IMG/VR virus record: IMGVR_UViG_3300034079_000007
Coordinates: 1-43,098 of that record
From: a virus
Lineage: Duplodnaviria > Caudoviricetes
DNA: 43,098 nucleotides
Reading direction: 5' to 3' (one strand)
The notes beneath the pieces are model-generated. The model had not been told where the DNA came from. It saw nothing but the letters and a program-made list of their open reading frames with translations, and searched no databases. This document shows positions 17,186 to 27,413 of this stretch, piece after piece (within the stretch, counting starts at the first letter, position 1; every line of letters starts with the position of its first letter). The translations under genes and the position numbers were made by a program.

Positions 17186-17711
17186 AAACACCTATCACCG
17201 CATCAACTGCATCCAAATTCTGAAACTTGAAATGGTAGGTACTGGCAGCAAGTCCCTGAATGTACATTGGGTTGTTGATAACACTGGTGGTGCGATTGAC
17301 ATTGCTGCCTGCTTTCAGTCGCACGAGGTCAGCTTCAGTGCCCCCAGTAACTCCACCGCCAGTTGCCAGCGCTACTTGGTGTTCATACCCCGCGTTAGGA
17401 TTGATAGTTACAATCCTTCTATTAACACCAAGTGACATTTGATTACCGCTGTGTATACTTAGTGGGGTACCAAATACTCCTGAGTCTTGACCGCCGCCGA
17501 TCAGTGCAGCTCTAAGCAGTCCAAGCTCAATAGCAAACTCAAACCACGTGATGATGATGTCAATCGGAGTTATAAGGCGTATCACTTGAGTTGTGCTAGC
17601 TGGAATGTTCAGTTCCAGATAACTGTGAAACTGGCGACCATCATAGAACGCTAGATTAGCGGGATCTGAATTCACGATTGGTAAGTTTCTTCCCAAATCT
17701 CCAAGTGTCAT
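17151..17711 (-). CDS. Putative virion structural protein (beta-sandwich, ends ...FEWEERP)
   Basis: AGGAG RBS, last gene of the structural block. The FYDGRQFH...WEERP pattern is recalled from phage virion proteins. Confidence 0.65.
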   Translation of the reverse strand: MTLGDLGRNLPIVNSDPANLAFYDGRQFHSYLELNIPASTTQVIRLITPIDIIITWFEFAIELGLLRAALIGGGQDSGVFGTPLSIHSGNQMSLGVNRRIVTINPNAGYEHQVALATGGGVTGGTEADLVRLKAGSNVNRTTSVINNPMYIQGLAASTYHFKFQNLDAVDAVIGVFKFEWEERPVD

Positions 17712-17725
17712 GACATGCTCCTTAA

Positions 17726-20700
17726 TTATTCCGGCTGACTGCGATAGTCTCCAAGCGGTACTGATCCCATGATCTCGTTGAGTCGTCTAGCCTCCGGAGA
17801 GTTTTGCTTGCGGCGTACTTGCTCCACTACTGAGGTGTTAGCGTCTCGCATCCAGCGATTCATGGCGGCGTGGAAATTCTCAGCACGGCCGCCGATCTTG
17901 GTGTAATCTTCCATAAATTGCAAGAAGTCGGAATCACTGGGAACTTTGTTTCCAACAAGTGAACTCTTCACTCGCTCACCAAGAGTGCTCATTCGTTCGT
18001 TATCAGCAACAGTATACGCTTTCATGCGATACAGGTTATTAAGTGCAACTGCTTCATCCATGGGTTTTGCTCCAATGATGCGGCTGGCATTTGCAATTAG
18101 TTCCATATCGCTATTTGCGGAAATCAACCCGCCCTTGCTAGTTGTACTGTGTCCTTGCAAGACCTGTGCAATACCAGCAAGTGGTCGATTCAAACCATTA
18201 TGCTCAAGCCCTTGCAGCAAAGTAGGCCCGACGTTAGCACCTTGCACAAGTTTGCCCCCAACATCCAGTAAATTCTTGACCACACGGATTGAGGCATCAA
18301 TAGCAGGAACCTGCATTGGTGTCATTGGCAGGATGGTCATGTGCCTTGGATTGATATCACCTCGCGTATACAACGCTGGCCACTTATCTCCAAACCCTGG
18401 CATCGCACTGGCAGTGCCATAAAGCAACCAGTCTCCTACTTCTTTGCCAAGGAGTTGCGGTGCGATGGAATATGCGTCATAGTGTCCTTGGTTGACACTA
18501 GCATTTCCAATGATGTGAGTATTAACCGCGTCAAACATCGGGGTGCCATTTAGACCAAACAGGCCCGACTGCATACCAAAAAGAGTTGCTACAGATTTCT
18601 TATCACCGGCTTCCACGTGTCGCAGGAGTTGCTGGAGTAAGTTAAAACTGTAGGTCTGGAACAATCCAATAGCACCACCTAGCACTCCTTGGAATACAAC
18701 GGGCCGCTGAGAGGTGATATAGTTACCTTGCACGCGGTTGACAAAAGTACTGATGTAGGCGTTTTGAGTTCTAACATCTAGTTTTCCTGCCGCGACCAGT
18801 GGCTCAGTAACCTGTCGCATCACATCAGCACTGACAAAGCGGGTGAAATCCTCTGCCCAGTTGTTGCCTGTGAGTGTCGCTACTTTCTCGGTGACCTTGT
18901 TTACTTTATCACTAAACACTTTGAAATCAGGAGATAGTGACAGGTCTCGGACAGCTTCATGGTAAAGTGCGGCTGACGCTTTGATATCACCGTTATCTGT
19001 GTACCGTTTGATAAGTTGTGCCTGCTCTTGACCAAACCAATTTTTGATCGCGCCATGTAAGAGTTTTAATGTACTTGGCACAGCAGCATCTTGTCCAGGC
19101 ACCTTCACTGCTGTTAACTCACGAAGAGCCCCAGCAAGTGCATCATCCTTTGCAACAAGATTTCTAATGCTAACCATTTCAGTGCTCAGCAACAATGGCG
19201 TGCTGATTACATTCATGATACTCTGCGCAAAATCAAAACGCAGCACCAGGTTGGAAAGCAGTGTGTTTGCCTTGGCTACATACTCCTTCACAAGATTCCT
19301 ATCGCGTGGAACATTGCTTAGGAAGTAATCAGTCTCTGACGAATACATGCCACTAATGCCATGGCGCTCAGCAATGGCATTTGCCTCTGTCCAAGAAATC
19401 TGACCCTTGCTAGCTTTACCAGTTACATCTGCCAGCAGTCTATATGCTCGTGTCCCAAGCGCATCAACAAATTCATTAGCCTGGTGGAAGAACGTATATT
19501 CGCTTCTCTTGCTGACATCAAGCATTGTCTTGACATAATCATCATAAGGATTGACAATCTCGCTCTTGGCAGAGCGCAGTGTGCCAGAAAATTTAGATGT
19601 TGCGTCTTCTGCAAAACTCTTACCAAGCGCCCGAAGCTCTTCAATCTGCTGTGCGTAGTTGTTCTCTACAGCATTCCGTACAAGCTTCGTAGCTTGGTTT
19701 TGATGGAATCGCAGATAATCTTCCACAATATTCTGCGCCCTTGTTTCCGGGAAAAAGTTAGCCAGAGCACCAGTACGACGAAGCTCAGAGTCAATAGTGC
19801 GCTCGTTAATCGTTTGGTCGAAGTCATATTCGCCTTTCGCTTTGAAATAACGCTCACTACCATCTTTGGTGATAACCTCGAAGTTGTTCTTATCAACAGC
19901 AGCAATGCGACGTTGGAGTTCTGCCGCGTCACGTCCAAAAACCATCGAGACTTCGCTAGTTCCAAAAGCTTTGCCGTCCACTGGCCGTACGAATGCGAAG
20001 TGCTGGAAGTAGTTTGTATCAATAGGCGGTGCGTAAAATACGTTGGGGTCTTTGTTGCTTGTCATACCGCGAGCATTGACAAGAACAGTATGCTTGCTGA
20101 CGCGTTCAGCATTCAGTTTCTGGTGTGTAACAAAAAACTCCCAAGCGTCTTCTTCTTTAATCTCAATTCTCGTGCGGCGCCCTTGCGCAACAAGTGCAGC
20201 TTCAGCTTCTCGGAGTTTGTCTCCTGTTAGGCGCGAAAGTTCCTTGAGTATCAATGTCTTCTCGCCAGTTGGAATGGCCACAAATTTGCCAGCATCATTA
20301 CGCAGTACATTGGTGACAATTCCAACCTCTGCAGCAGCAACCTTGTTGTTAATGATACGAGTACTGGCAGTACTCATAGCAGCAGTAACATCATCTGATG
20401 CCTTAGTGACCCACTGATGAACCTTCTTGCCAATGTCTTGAGTAGCAAGTTTCAGGACTTCTCCATAGCTTGCGTTTGCTGCGCCAAGAAAAGAAGCGCC
20501 AGACCCAAGACTATTGGCAAGTTTGCTAGCATCTTGGGCCAGTGGGATCAAACTAGCAGCAGCTTCGCCGCCAAGGACAGCAGCAGTAGAATTTTTCAGT
20601 GCCTTATCAGCATTCTGTATCCTGTACGCATACGCCAGTTCACCAGTGACAAACTGTCCGCCATTGGCAGATGCCTGCGCCAAGATCATCTCACGCTTTT

Positions 20701-22816
20701 GTGCAAATGGAAGATTCTCACTAGCACCTTCCAATGCGGTGAATTGGTGTGGGCGCTCATAATAAGCAATGACATTCTCACGTCGTAGGAATTGTGTAAG
20801 ATCCCTTCCTGAATTTTCCATCAAACTATCCATGCGTGATAGGGCAGAACCAAACTCAGTCTCAATCAATCGTTCAATCCACTTCTCATCTGTGGCATAT
20901 TTATACGCGAGTTCTCGCAGATCCTGCTGACCAGCAGCAAGAGTATCTCGAATCCCGTCAACTCGTGCATTAAAAAGCACTTCACCAGCTTGCAATCCAT
21001 TGCCAGCATAGCTGCCGTCAGCATTCTTGATGATAATTTCTGCCAGCAGTTCCTCGTCATCTACCGCCTTCAACCTAGCCAGTAATGAGATATCTTTGGC
21101 GTCAATAACTCCTGGAAGATCAGCAGTTGCTAGTTTAGATGCCCATGCATGTCTAGCAGTGAAATATTCAGTTGATCCCTTTGGGTTGAACTCTCGCATG
21201 TTATGAGTGACCCTGCCAGCAGTCGTCTCATACTCAACGACATTGCTTGTGATTTTCATTTGCGTACCAGTCTTCACACGATCCGCAGCCGACAGCACAG
21301 CAGTATCAGACAGTGCGCCTGTGCGGGTGTTTAAATAGCGCCGCGGGTCAAAAACAGGATCGACTACTCGCTTCCACTTACCGCTAGACGGATTGATACG
21401 AAGAGTTCCATCGCTATTCATGGCCATGTTATAGCCAGCTTCCCAAGCCTCTTTTAGATTTGCAAAGCTATCCTCTCCCTTAGCACCTATCCGCGCCAAT
21501 TTCATGTTAGCCAGTTCTTCTTGCGTTCCCATGAATATGTAAGGCTTCTCATAGGCATTCTTGTCAAACGGAGTAGTTCTGACTGTACGATCCCGTAAAT
21601 CCTCCACACCTTTGACGCCAGCTAAATCCTCAGGTGTAAGTTTCTGCTTGAAATAGAATAGGTCATCTGCCGTGTAAAGACTATCTTCTGTGGCATTTAC
21701 AACCTTGCGCAGACTAAGAAGATAGTCTCCAACCTCTTCTCGAATCTGAGCAGGAGTTGCCCCCTTTTGCTTAAGACTAGCGAATTTGCCAAGCACAAAA
21801 TCAGCAAGTGCAGCAGCACCCTCTGGATTGCTACCGCCTGTAGCCGCACCTTCGCCAGATGCTATCTTACGGAGTTGCAGTTCAAATTCCTGCATGGCAG
21901 TTTTTGTGCTACCCTTGGCAACGTCAGTTAATACCTTTGTCAGGTCAACTTTCTTGCTGACAGGGCCACTGCCCAACTGGAAGGCGACTTCAAGAATAGC
22001 ATCTTTGCTCAGCACATTGTCTGGTATCTTCATCACAGAATCAAGCAATCCGTATGCTTTATCTCCTGCGCTAATATCAAATTTGGCAAGTCCGCTGCCC
22101 TCTATGGCAGTATATCCCATAGCTCGCTTATCAATTTCAGTGATTGCACTCTTGAAACTCTTATTAAGTGCTAGTGCTTGGATGCCCCCTCCAATCACAC
22201 CACCAAGAACAGCCCCGGTAGCAATGCCTTTGCCAATATCCCACCAGCTGTCATCTGCAAGCAGCGGAGACTGCTTCATTGTCAAAGCAACTCCAAGTTC
22301 AAAAGCAGCAGCTTGTAGCGTTTGATCTGCAAACTCCCAGGTCATTGTTCCAATCTTATTGGCATTGAGTCTCGTAAATACGGTGCCCCCGGCAGTTTCA
22401 AGTTCAGCGATCGCGCGACTGAGATAGCGTGACTGCATTGTCCGTGGGATGTTTAACGCACGGCCAAAAGCACCAACACCTTCGCCGGCACGAACGGCAT
22501 TGAGCCCCTTGACAGCAAGACTCCCAGGAAGCAAACTTGTACCGATAAATCCGACGACATCAATAGCAGCTTGGTTCTCTTTGTAATAAGTAGCCCAGTT
22601 GTCGTCAAGTTCTGAGAGTTTGTTATAGGTGTCTACTGCCTCAGCATTGCCGCCGAGTGCATTGTTGACTGCAACACCAGTGTTATAGATGCTGCCTAGA
22701 CCTGAGATTACAGCTCCAGCTACAACACCTCCAGCCTTATCCCCGAAGTTAAGGTCACCTGCTTGGATAGCAGTAGTATCAACTGCGTAGCTGAGCGAGT
22801 CATTAAAAAGTCCCAT
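17726..22816 (-). CDS. Large internal virion / DNA ejection protein (1696 aa)
   Basis: Size, position as third of three large Ala/Gly-rich genes, and Gly-rich hydrophobic segments (GIATGAVLGGVIGGG) as in podovirus ejection proteins. Confidence 0.8.
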   Translation of the reverse strand: MGLFNDSLSYAVDTTAIQAGDLNFGDKAGGVVAGAVISGLGSIYNTGVAVNNALGGNAEAVDTYNKLSELDDNWATYYKENQAAIDVVGFIGTSLLPGSLAVKGLNAVRAGEGVGAFGRALNIPRTMQSRYLSRAIAELETAGGTVFTRLNANKIGTMTWEFADQTLQAAAFELGVALTMKQSPLLADDSWWDIGKGIATGAVLGGVIGGGIQALALNKSFKSAITEIDKRAMGYTAIEGSGLAKFDISAGDKAYGLLDSVMKIPDNVLSKDAILEVAFQLGSGPVSKKVDLTKVLTDVAKGSTKTAMQEFELQLRKIASGEGAATGGSNPEGAAALADFVLGKFASLKQKGATPAQIREEVGDYLLSLRKVVNATEDSLYTADDLFYFKQKLTPEDLAGVKGVEDLRDRTVRTTPFDKNAYEKPYIFMGTQEELANMKLARIGAKGEDSFANLKEAWEAGYNMAMNSDGTLRINPSSGKWKRVVDPVFDPRRYLNTRTGALSDTAVLSAADRVKTGTQMKITSNVVEYETTAGRVTHNMREFNPKGSTEYFTARHAWASKLATADLPGVIDAKDISLLARLKAVDDEELLAEIIIKNADGSYAGNGLQAGEVLFNARVDGIRDTLAAGQQDLRELAYKYATDEKWIERLIETEFGSALSRMDSLMENSGRDLTQFLRRENVIAYYERPHQFTALEGASENLPFAQKREMILAQASANGGQFVTGELAYAYRIQNADKALKNSTAAVLGGEAAASLIPLAQDASKLANSLGSGASFLGAANASYGEVLKLATQDIGKKVHQWVTKASDDVTAAMSTASTRIINNKVAAAEVGIVTNVLRNDAGKFVAIPTGEKTLILKELSRLTGDKLREAEAALVAQGRRTRIEIKEEDAWEFFVTHQKLNAERVSKHTVLVNARGMTSNKDPNVFYAPPIDTNYFQHFAFVRPVDGKAFGTSEVSMVFGRDAAELQRRIAAVDKNNFEVITKDGSERYFKAKGEYDFDQTINERTIDSELRRTGALANFFPETRAQNIVEDYLRFHQNQATKLVRNAVENNYAQQIEELRALGKSFAEDATSKFSGTLRSAKSEIVNPYDDYVKTMLDVSKRSEYTFFHQANEFVDALGTRAYRLLADVTGKASKGQISWTEANAIAERHGISGMYSSETDYFLSNVPRDRNLVKEYVAKANTLLSNLVLRFDFAQSIMNVISTPLLLSTEMVSIRNLVAKDDALAGALRELTAVKVPGQDAAVPSTLKLLHGAIKNWFGQEQAQLIKRYTDNGDIKASAALYHEAVRDLSLSPDFKVFSDKVNKVTEKVATLTGNNWAEDFTRFVSADVMRQVTEPLVAAGKLDVRTQNAYISTFVNRVQGNYITSQRPVVFQGVLGGAIGLFQTYSFNLLQQLLRHVEAGDKKSVATLFGMQSGLFGLNGTPMFDAVNTHIIGNASVNQGHYDAYSIAPQLLGKEVGDWLLYGTASAMPGFGDKWPALYTRGDINPRHMTILPMTPMQVPAIDASIRVVKNLLDVGGKLVQGANVGPTLLQGLEHNGLNRPLAGIAQVLQGHSTTSKGGLISANSDMELIANASRIIGAKPMDEAVALNNLYRMKAYTVADNERMSTLGERVKSSLVGNKVPSDSDFLQFMEDYTKIGGRAENFHAAMNRWMRDANTSVVEQVRRKQNSPEARRLNEIMGSVPLGDYRSQPE

Positions 22817-22827
22817 GATTTACCTTA

Positions 22828-24504
22828 TTAACGCATCTGCGGTGGAATTTCAGGAACAGCAGGACTAAACATAGTTGCTGGGTTCTTAAGTAGGATTTTT
22901 CTTGCAGTTTCTTTTGCAAGAACTGTTTCTACTGCGGCTTGGTTCGTAAGATCAACACCTTTTGGCATTCGCGGAGTTTTAACAACATATTTGTTAACAT
23001 ACTCAAGCCCAAAGATTGGATATTTAGTACGTTCAGCTTGCACTTGTACTCCCATCTTGTAGAACTCAGCTACTTGCGAAGCAGCATCGCCAACAGTAAT
23101 ATTGCCAGCAGCAATATCATTAGCAAGCTTGTCAAGAATCACCGCCTCACTAACAGTTTCTGAGATTGGAGTTTTTCCTGCTGGTCCAAATTCCTTAAGC
23201 CAGTCAACTACTCTATTCTCGCCATCCAACTTGTAGTTAGTTGTCGCGAAAGTGTAATCAATCTTACGTGGATTTGAGTCTGATGCCTTACTCATATCCA
23301 TAACTTCAGAATCGTACTGCTGTTGTACAACATCAAAGGCTTGCTGCGGCAATTCCTTCATGTTGACTTTGCCACCTTTAGCTTCCGTAAGCCTTACGAT
23401 ATCAGCTTTCTTGGACTCTGCCAGTGCAAAAGATCTACGCAACCAATTAGTAGCAGCCGCATCACCTTCATTGGCAATCTTGGAAAGATCACCACGAACA
23501 TCCTGGAGAGCTGTCACAGCTTCAAATAGGGTTGGGCCAATTTTACCGGTGCCTGCATATTCAAGCAGGCGATTGCGTACTTGCGCCGGAGTAGATTTCC
23601 ACAGCACTTTATTATACTGAGTATTGCTACCTGCCATTGCAAGCCAGTTGTTGATACGTTCCAGTTCCAAATCCATCGCTTCTGCGTTCTCAAGCCGCTC
23701 GCGATCAGCAACTGACATTTGCTTAAATTCTTTGGATAATCTAACCATCTGTGCAGACGTATCAAGTTTCTGCCCAGTCATAGCAAGTTTAGTAGCAATG
23801 TCTCGTTGAGTTGCACCGGCTGCTTGCTGTTGTACTTCTGCAAGTTTTGCTTGGGCAGCAGATGCCTCAGCAGCAGCCTTGGCAACACCCATAGCAGCAA
23901 TCTTGTCAGCATCCATTGACGCGGAGATTTGCTGCTGTGTACCGGCAAGAGTTTGCAAATCACGCGCTGCTTGGACTGCGCGATTCTGGCGCTCAGCGAT
24001 AGCGTTATATTCTCCGACCATCCCAGGAAGTCTTGTTTGGTTCACAAGATATTCTAGCGGATTATCAAAAATACCAACAGCAGCCCTTGCGTCAATCTCG
24101 CTACCAAGTGGTTCAAGCTGTGATGCTGTTTCGTTGATAGAAGCAAATGCCTGATTGATCATGCTACTTATAACATCTGGATTCATGTTAGCATGATCCA
24201 GAATCTGTTTGCGACGTGCAGCAGCAGCGGCATCAACGGCAACAGATGCAGTGGTTGCCTCTCCTGCTTTTGTAGCATAGTCAACGATAGCAGTTTGCTG
24301 TGCTTCTTCTGCCTTCTTACGATCAGCAGCAGCTACAGCAATTTCAGCCATAGCCTTGTCAACGTCTCCTGTGAAAGAGACTGCTGATTTCATGAAATTG
24401 GATAGAAGTTGCGGATCATACCCAGCAGTGCTGATGCTTTCCATACTGCTGCGACTGGATGACTGCTGTCCACTGAAGTCATCAGGGTTCAATTCAAAGT
24501 TCAT
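22828..24504 (-). CDS. Internal virion / ejection protein (~558 aa)
   Basis: AGGAG RBS favours ATG 24504. Ala/Gln-rich and helical. Confidence 0.75.
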   Translation of the reverse strand: MNFELNPDDFSGQQSSSRSSMESISTAGYDPQLLSNFMKSAVSFTGDVDKAMAEIAVAAADRKKAEEAQQTAIVDYATKAGEATTASVAVDAAAAARRKQILDHANMNPDVISSMINQAFASINETASQLEPLGSEIDARAAVGIFDNPLEYLVNQTRLPGMVGEYNAIAERQNRAVQAARDLQTLAGTQQQISASMDADKIAAMGVAKAAAEASAAQAKLAEVQQQAAGATQRDIATKLAMTGQKLDTSAQMVRLSKEFKQMSVADRERLENAEAMDLELERINNWLAMAGSNTQYNKVLWKSTPAQVRNRLLEYAGTGKIGPTLFEAVTALQDVRGDLSKIANEGDAAATNWLRRSFALAESKKADIVRLTEAKGGKVNMKELPQQAFDVVQQQYDSEVMDMSKASDSNPRKIDYTFATTNYKLDGENRVVDWLKEFGPAGKTPISETVSEAVILDKLANDIAAGNITVGDAASQVAEFYKMGVQVQAERTKYPIFGLEYVNKYVVKTPRMPKGVDLTNQAAVETVLAKETARKILLKNPATMFSPAVPEIPPQMR

Positions 24505-24522
24505 TTGCAACTCCTGATAGGT

Positions 24523-26394
24523 TTACCGGCGCACTGGCATGTGAGTAGCAGCAATCAACTGATCAAGAAACTGTCTTCCAATCATGTCTACGGTGTCAGC
24601 TGGAAGAATGTACTCGTCATTGCTCACTTGGATAGGTTTGCCGCCAGGTACTGTAGATCTAGCTGTTATGCTGTCACTGGTACCCGTGCCGCGACCTGAA
24701 ATCCTTCCCACAGTTGGGCCGCCATCGGCAAATCTGAGTGCGTTACTGAGGTCTCCAGCAATACTCTTAGCTCCAGTCACAAATGGCTCTGTTACACGCT
24801 CAGCAACATCTAGCACGGGCCCATGAAGCTGGTCCAAGATTTCAATTGGTTTCTCATGATAAGTGTATAAGCGCTCGCCAAAATCAGGACCGCCTGCAGC
24901 TTTGCTCATGAAATTTGCAAGCGCGTACATCTGACCATATCCTGGAATCTGACTCATGCCAACATTTGTTGCAGCAATAGTAGCACCTTTCTTCATGGCT
25001 TTGTCTTCTTGCTCTTGCCTACCTGCCATCATTGTCTCCCGCAAGGCTGCGAATTGCTCAGCAGTCATACGTTGTTGCGCGCCATTCATCAAACTGCTAG
25101 ACATGCCAGCAAGTTGATTTGAGTTTGCCCCAGTACTGCCGGTAACGGACTGCCGAGGTTTAGTTGGAGCGGTTCCCATCATAGGTCTGTTACGAGAGAC
25201 TACAGGTGTTCCTGCCGCCGGGCCTGTTAAACTACCGCCATCTGCATAACTAAAAATGTTATCCGGTTGTCCAGGCATCAAATATCGCAGCAAGAAATCT
25301 ATTGGGTTTGGTTCACCCGCTGGAAACAGACCGCCTGGATTTCTAATAGTAGCTCCAAGTGCTTTTTGTGGGTTTTGCATCGCAGCCGCAATTACAGCTT
25401 TGAGCGCTGCGTTTGGATCAAGACCTGCCATAGCATTCTCTTCTGCTGCCCTGAGAGCTTCCCCTCTGGAACTAAGCAAGCCTTTGCCACCAGCTCTACT
25501 TACTTGCTGCTTTGCAGGACTGCTCAAGTCTCCACCGTCTGCAAAACTAAATAGCTGAGACATGTCAAGACCGGATGCATTAAGTCCAGTACCTCCGAGA
25601 TCGACACCAGAAGCCAGGTCATAGTTTGCTGCAAAATCCCAGGAGCCAGGATTGAATGAACCTGCCATATCTGCACCACCAAAATCGTAGTTTGGAAGTT
25701 CGTAGTTGCCGAGAGCAGTAGCATCAAAACTTGGAAAACCACCAGGAGCAGCAGAAAACCCCATACCACCACCACCTGTGCCGCCAAGACTATAATCCAC
25801 TGGACCACCAAAATCTACGGCAGCATTGCCGGCAGTGAGTCCCCCTGCGAGATCTTTACTTCCACCAAACAGCTCTGACAACTTCTTGCTAGTTTTTCCA
25901 AACATACCAGATTTATCTGCCTTGTTGAGCAAGAAACCTCCAAGCAGCATTTGCATTGGATCTCTTACACCGCCTGTCTTTGTCTGGGCTGTTCCCTTTG
26001 TAGCTCCTGCAATAGTTCCGGCTGCTTGGTTTGCTTGCTGCATCTGCTTAAGATTGTTCTCCATAATTGCAACCAGTGCCTGATTATTAGCACCGCTACG
26101 TTGTGTATCAAGCGCCAATGCCAAGGGAGAATTAGCAGACGATCTGGCACCTGTGGCATTGGCCAGGGCTGCTGTTAGTGTCGGTACTTCCGACGCTGCA
26201 TTCTGCTGAATCATTGTCATGAGCGCTTTTAGCATCTCAGGATTCATGGGAGTGGCAGCTTGGCCAAAGACCTGCATAGCAGGCCCTATATTGCCAGGAC
26301 TCATGGAGGTGGTCTCTTGTCCACCACCTCCAAGCAGTTGCATCAACAACTGTTGACCCATGGTATCTTGCGGAAGTGTCTTAGGAGTAGCCAT
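24523..26394 (-). CDS. Internal virion protein (623 aa) with three (F/Y)ADGG motifs and a tape-measure-type C-terminal domain
   Basis: Gly/Ala/Met/Gln-rich. Motifs at aa 284, 383 and 555; C-terminus FADGG..GRISGRGTGTSDSI.A...VSNDEYILPADTV..IG..FLD.L. Confidence 0.75.
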   Translation of the reverse strand: MATPKTLPQDTMGQQLLMQLLGGGGQETTSMSPGNIGPAMQVFGQAATPMNPEMLKALMTMIQQNAASEVPTLTAALANATGARSSANSPLALALDTQRSGANNQALVAIMENNLKQMQQANQAAGTIAGATKGTAQTKTGGVRDPMQMLLGGFLLNKADKSGMFGKTSKKLSELFGGSKDLAGGLTAGNAAVDFGGPVDYSLGGTGGGGMGFSAAPGGFPSFDATALGNYELPNYDFGGADMAGSFNPGSWDFAANYDLASGVDLGGTGLNASGLDMSQLFSFADGGDLSSPAKQQVSRAGGKGLLSSRGEALRAAEENAMAGLDPNAALKAVIAAAMQNPQKALGATIRNPGGLFPAGEPNPIDFLLRYLMPGQPDNIFSYADGGSLTGPAAGTPVVSRNRPMMGTAPTKPRQSVTGSTGANSNQLAGMSSSLMNGAQQRMTAEQFAALRETMMAGRQEQEDKAMKKGATIAATNVGMSQIPGYGQMYALANFMSKAAGGPDFGERLYTYHEKPIEILDQLHGPVLDVAERVTEPFVTGAKSIAGDLSNALRFADGGPTVGRISGRGTGTSDSITARSTVPGGKPIQVSNDEYILPADTVDMIGRQFLDQLIAATHMPVRR

Positions 26395-26441
26395 TTGTTA
26401 GTCCTGTTCCTGATCTAAGAAATACACCATTTATTATTAGT

Positions 26442-26470
26442 AGTATGCCATGAGTTTCATGTAAATGCAA
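26442..26470 (-). promoter_or_regulatory. Sigma70-like promoter for the ejection-protein genes
   Basis: TTGCAT-17 bp-CATACT with extended -10 TG on the minus strand, in an intergenic gap. Confidence 0.6.
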
Positions 26471-26481
26471 CCAGGGAAGGG

Positions 26482-26841
26482 TTACACACTCCGCTCAAAA
26501 TGCGGAGCATCTACAAACTTACTTTTACCAGCTTCCACTAATCCTCGCCACGAACCACCCCACCTATTTTTTGGATTAAGGCTTTCCCAGTAGTTGCCAA
26601 GTGGTTCAATCTCAGATCTATTGCAGATCTTACCATCCCGCAGTAGAACGAGATCAACAGCGAGCCGCCTAAGATGCAAAGAATCAAGTGTTTTGCTACG
26701 CCCAGTTTTAACATAGTACTCCTGTGTGATGATGGTACGTTCGATTTCTCCTAAACGTACAGAATAACCAAGTTCCCACGCCCTGGTCACTAAGAATACG
26801 ACGTCTTTTGTAAATTCTTCTTGCTCATGTCCAAGTGTCAT
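26482..26841 (-). CDS. Endolysin, peptidase M15 family (L-Ala-D-Glu peptidase-like)
   Basis: R..Q...Y..G.S, SLH...LAVD, WGG.W and DAPHFE zinc-peptidase motifs. Confidence 0.88.
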   Translation of the reverse strand: MTLGHEQEEFTKDVVFLVTRAWELGYSVRLGEIERTIITQEYYVKTGRSKTLDSLHLRRLAVDLVLLRDGKICNRSEIEPLGNYWESLNPKNRWGGSWRGLVEAGKSKFVDAPHFERSV

Positions 26842-27401
26842 TGTTTACTCCCTGTCGTAAGATGCGCAATAACGGTATCCTTGCCGCGGTTACTACTGCT
26901 ACTTCCCCTGTGGAAATTAAGAATAGTGCTACAGTGTGCTAGGAGTCCACCAAACATGGTGTATGCCAACTCTTTGTTTTCTATTGGAATCTTCACCCAA
27001 AATAGGATCAGTCCGATCAACAAAGTGCCACCAACAATGGCCGCATCAAGAATATAGGGCAACACCTTAACAAAGGCCATTGCTTCGGCGGAAGTCTGCA
27101 ACGCAGTATTCATCTCTCTTGCGGATGTTGTATTGTCAACTCCAACCTTTAGCTCTTCCATGTCAAGTTTACGGTTTTCAATAGCTGCTGTTATAAGAAA
27201 CTCCTCGTGGTCAAGTTCAGCCTGCTTGAGTTTCAGTAAGCCTTCGTCAGAGTTGGTTAGCTCCTCAATGTCAACTCCTAGTTTCTCTTCAATGGCCTCT
27301 TTTCCCTTATTCAATAGCGCGTTGCCAAGGATATTAAGACCATTACTAAACAGTTTATTGGCAAGTGGCATTAAAGCCGCAGCAATCAAAGGCAGTGGCA
27401 T
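26838..27401 (-). CDS. Putative holin (GTA-type 3TM holin-like)
   Basis: Amphipathic N-terminus, SAREM, two C-terminal hydrophobic helices, F.RGSS...K; coupled to the endolysin. Confidence 0.7.
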   Translation of the reverse strand: MPLPLIAAALMPLANKLFSNGLNILGNALLNKGKEAIEEKLGVDIEELTNSDEGLLKLKQAELDHEEFLITAAIENRKLDMEELKVGVDNTTSAREMNTALQTSAEAMAFVKVLPYILDAAIVGGTLLIGLILFWVKIPIENKELAYTMFGGLLAHCSTILNFHRGSSSSNRGKDTVIAHLTTGSKQ

Positions 27402-27413
27402 AACAGTCCTCAG

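Noticed and set aside
24523-26394. Calling this gene a true tape measure protein (siphovirus morphology)
   Set aside because: No tail tube, terminator, chaperone or baseplate genes. The adaptor, nozzle and three internal proteins indicate a short tail.
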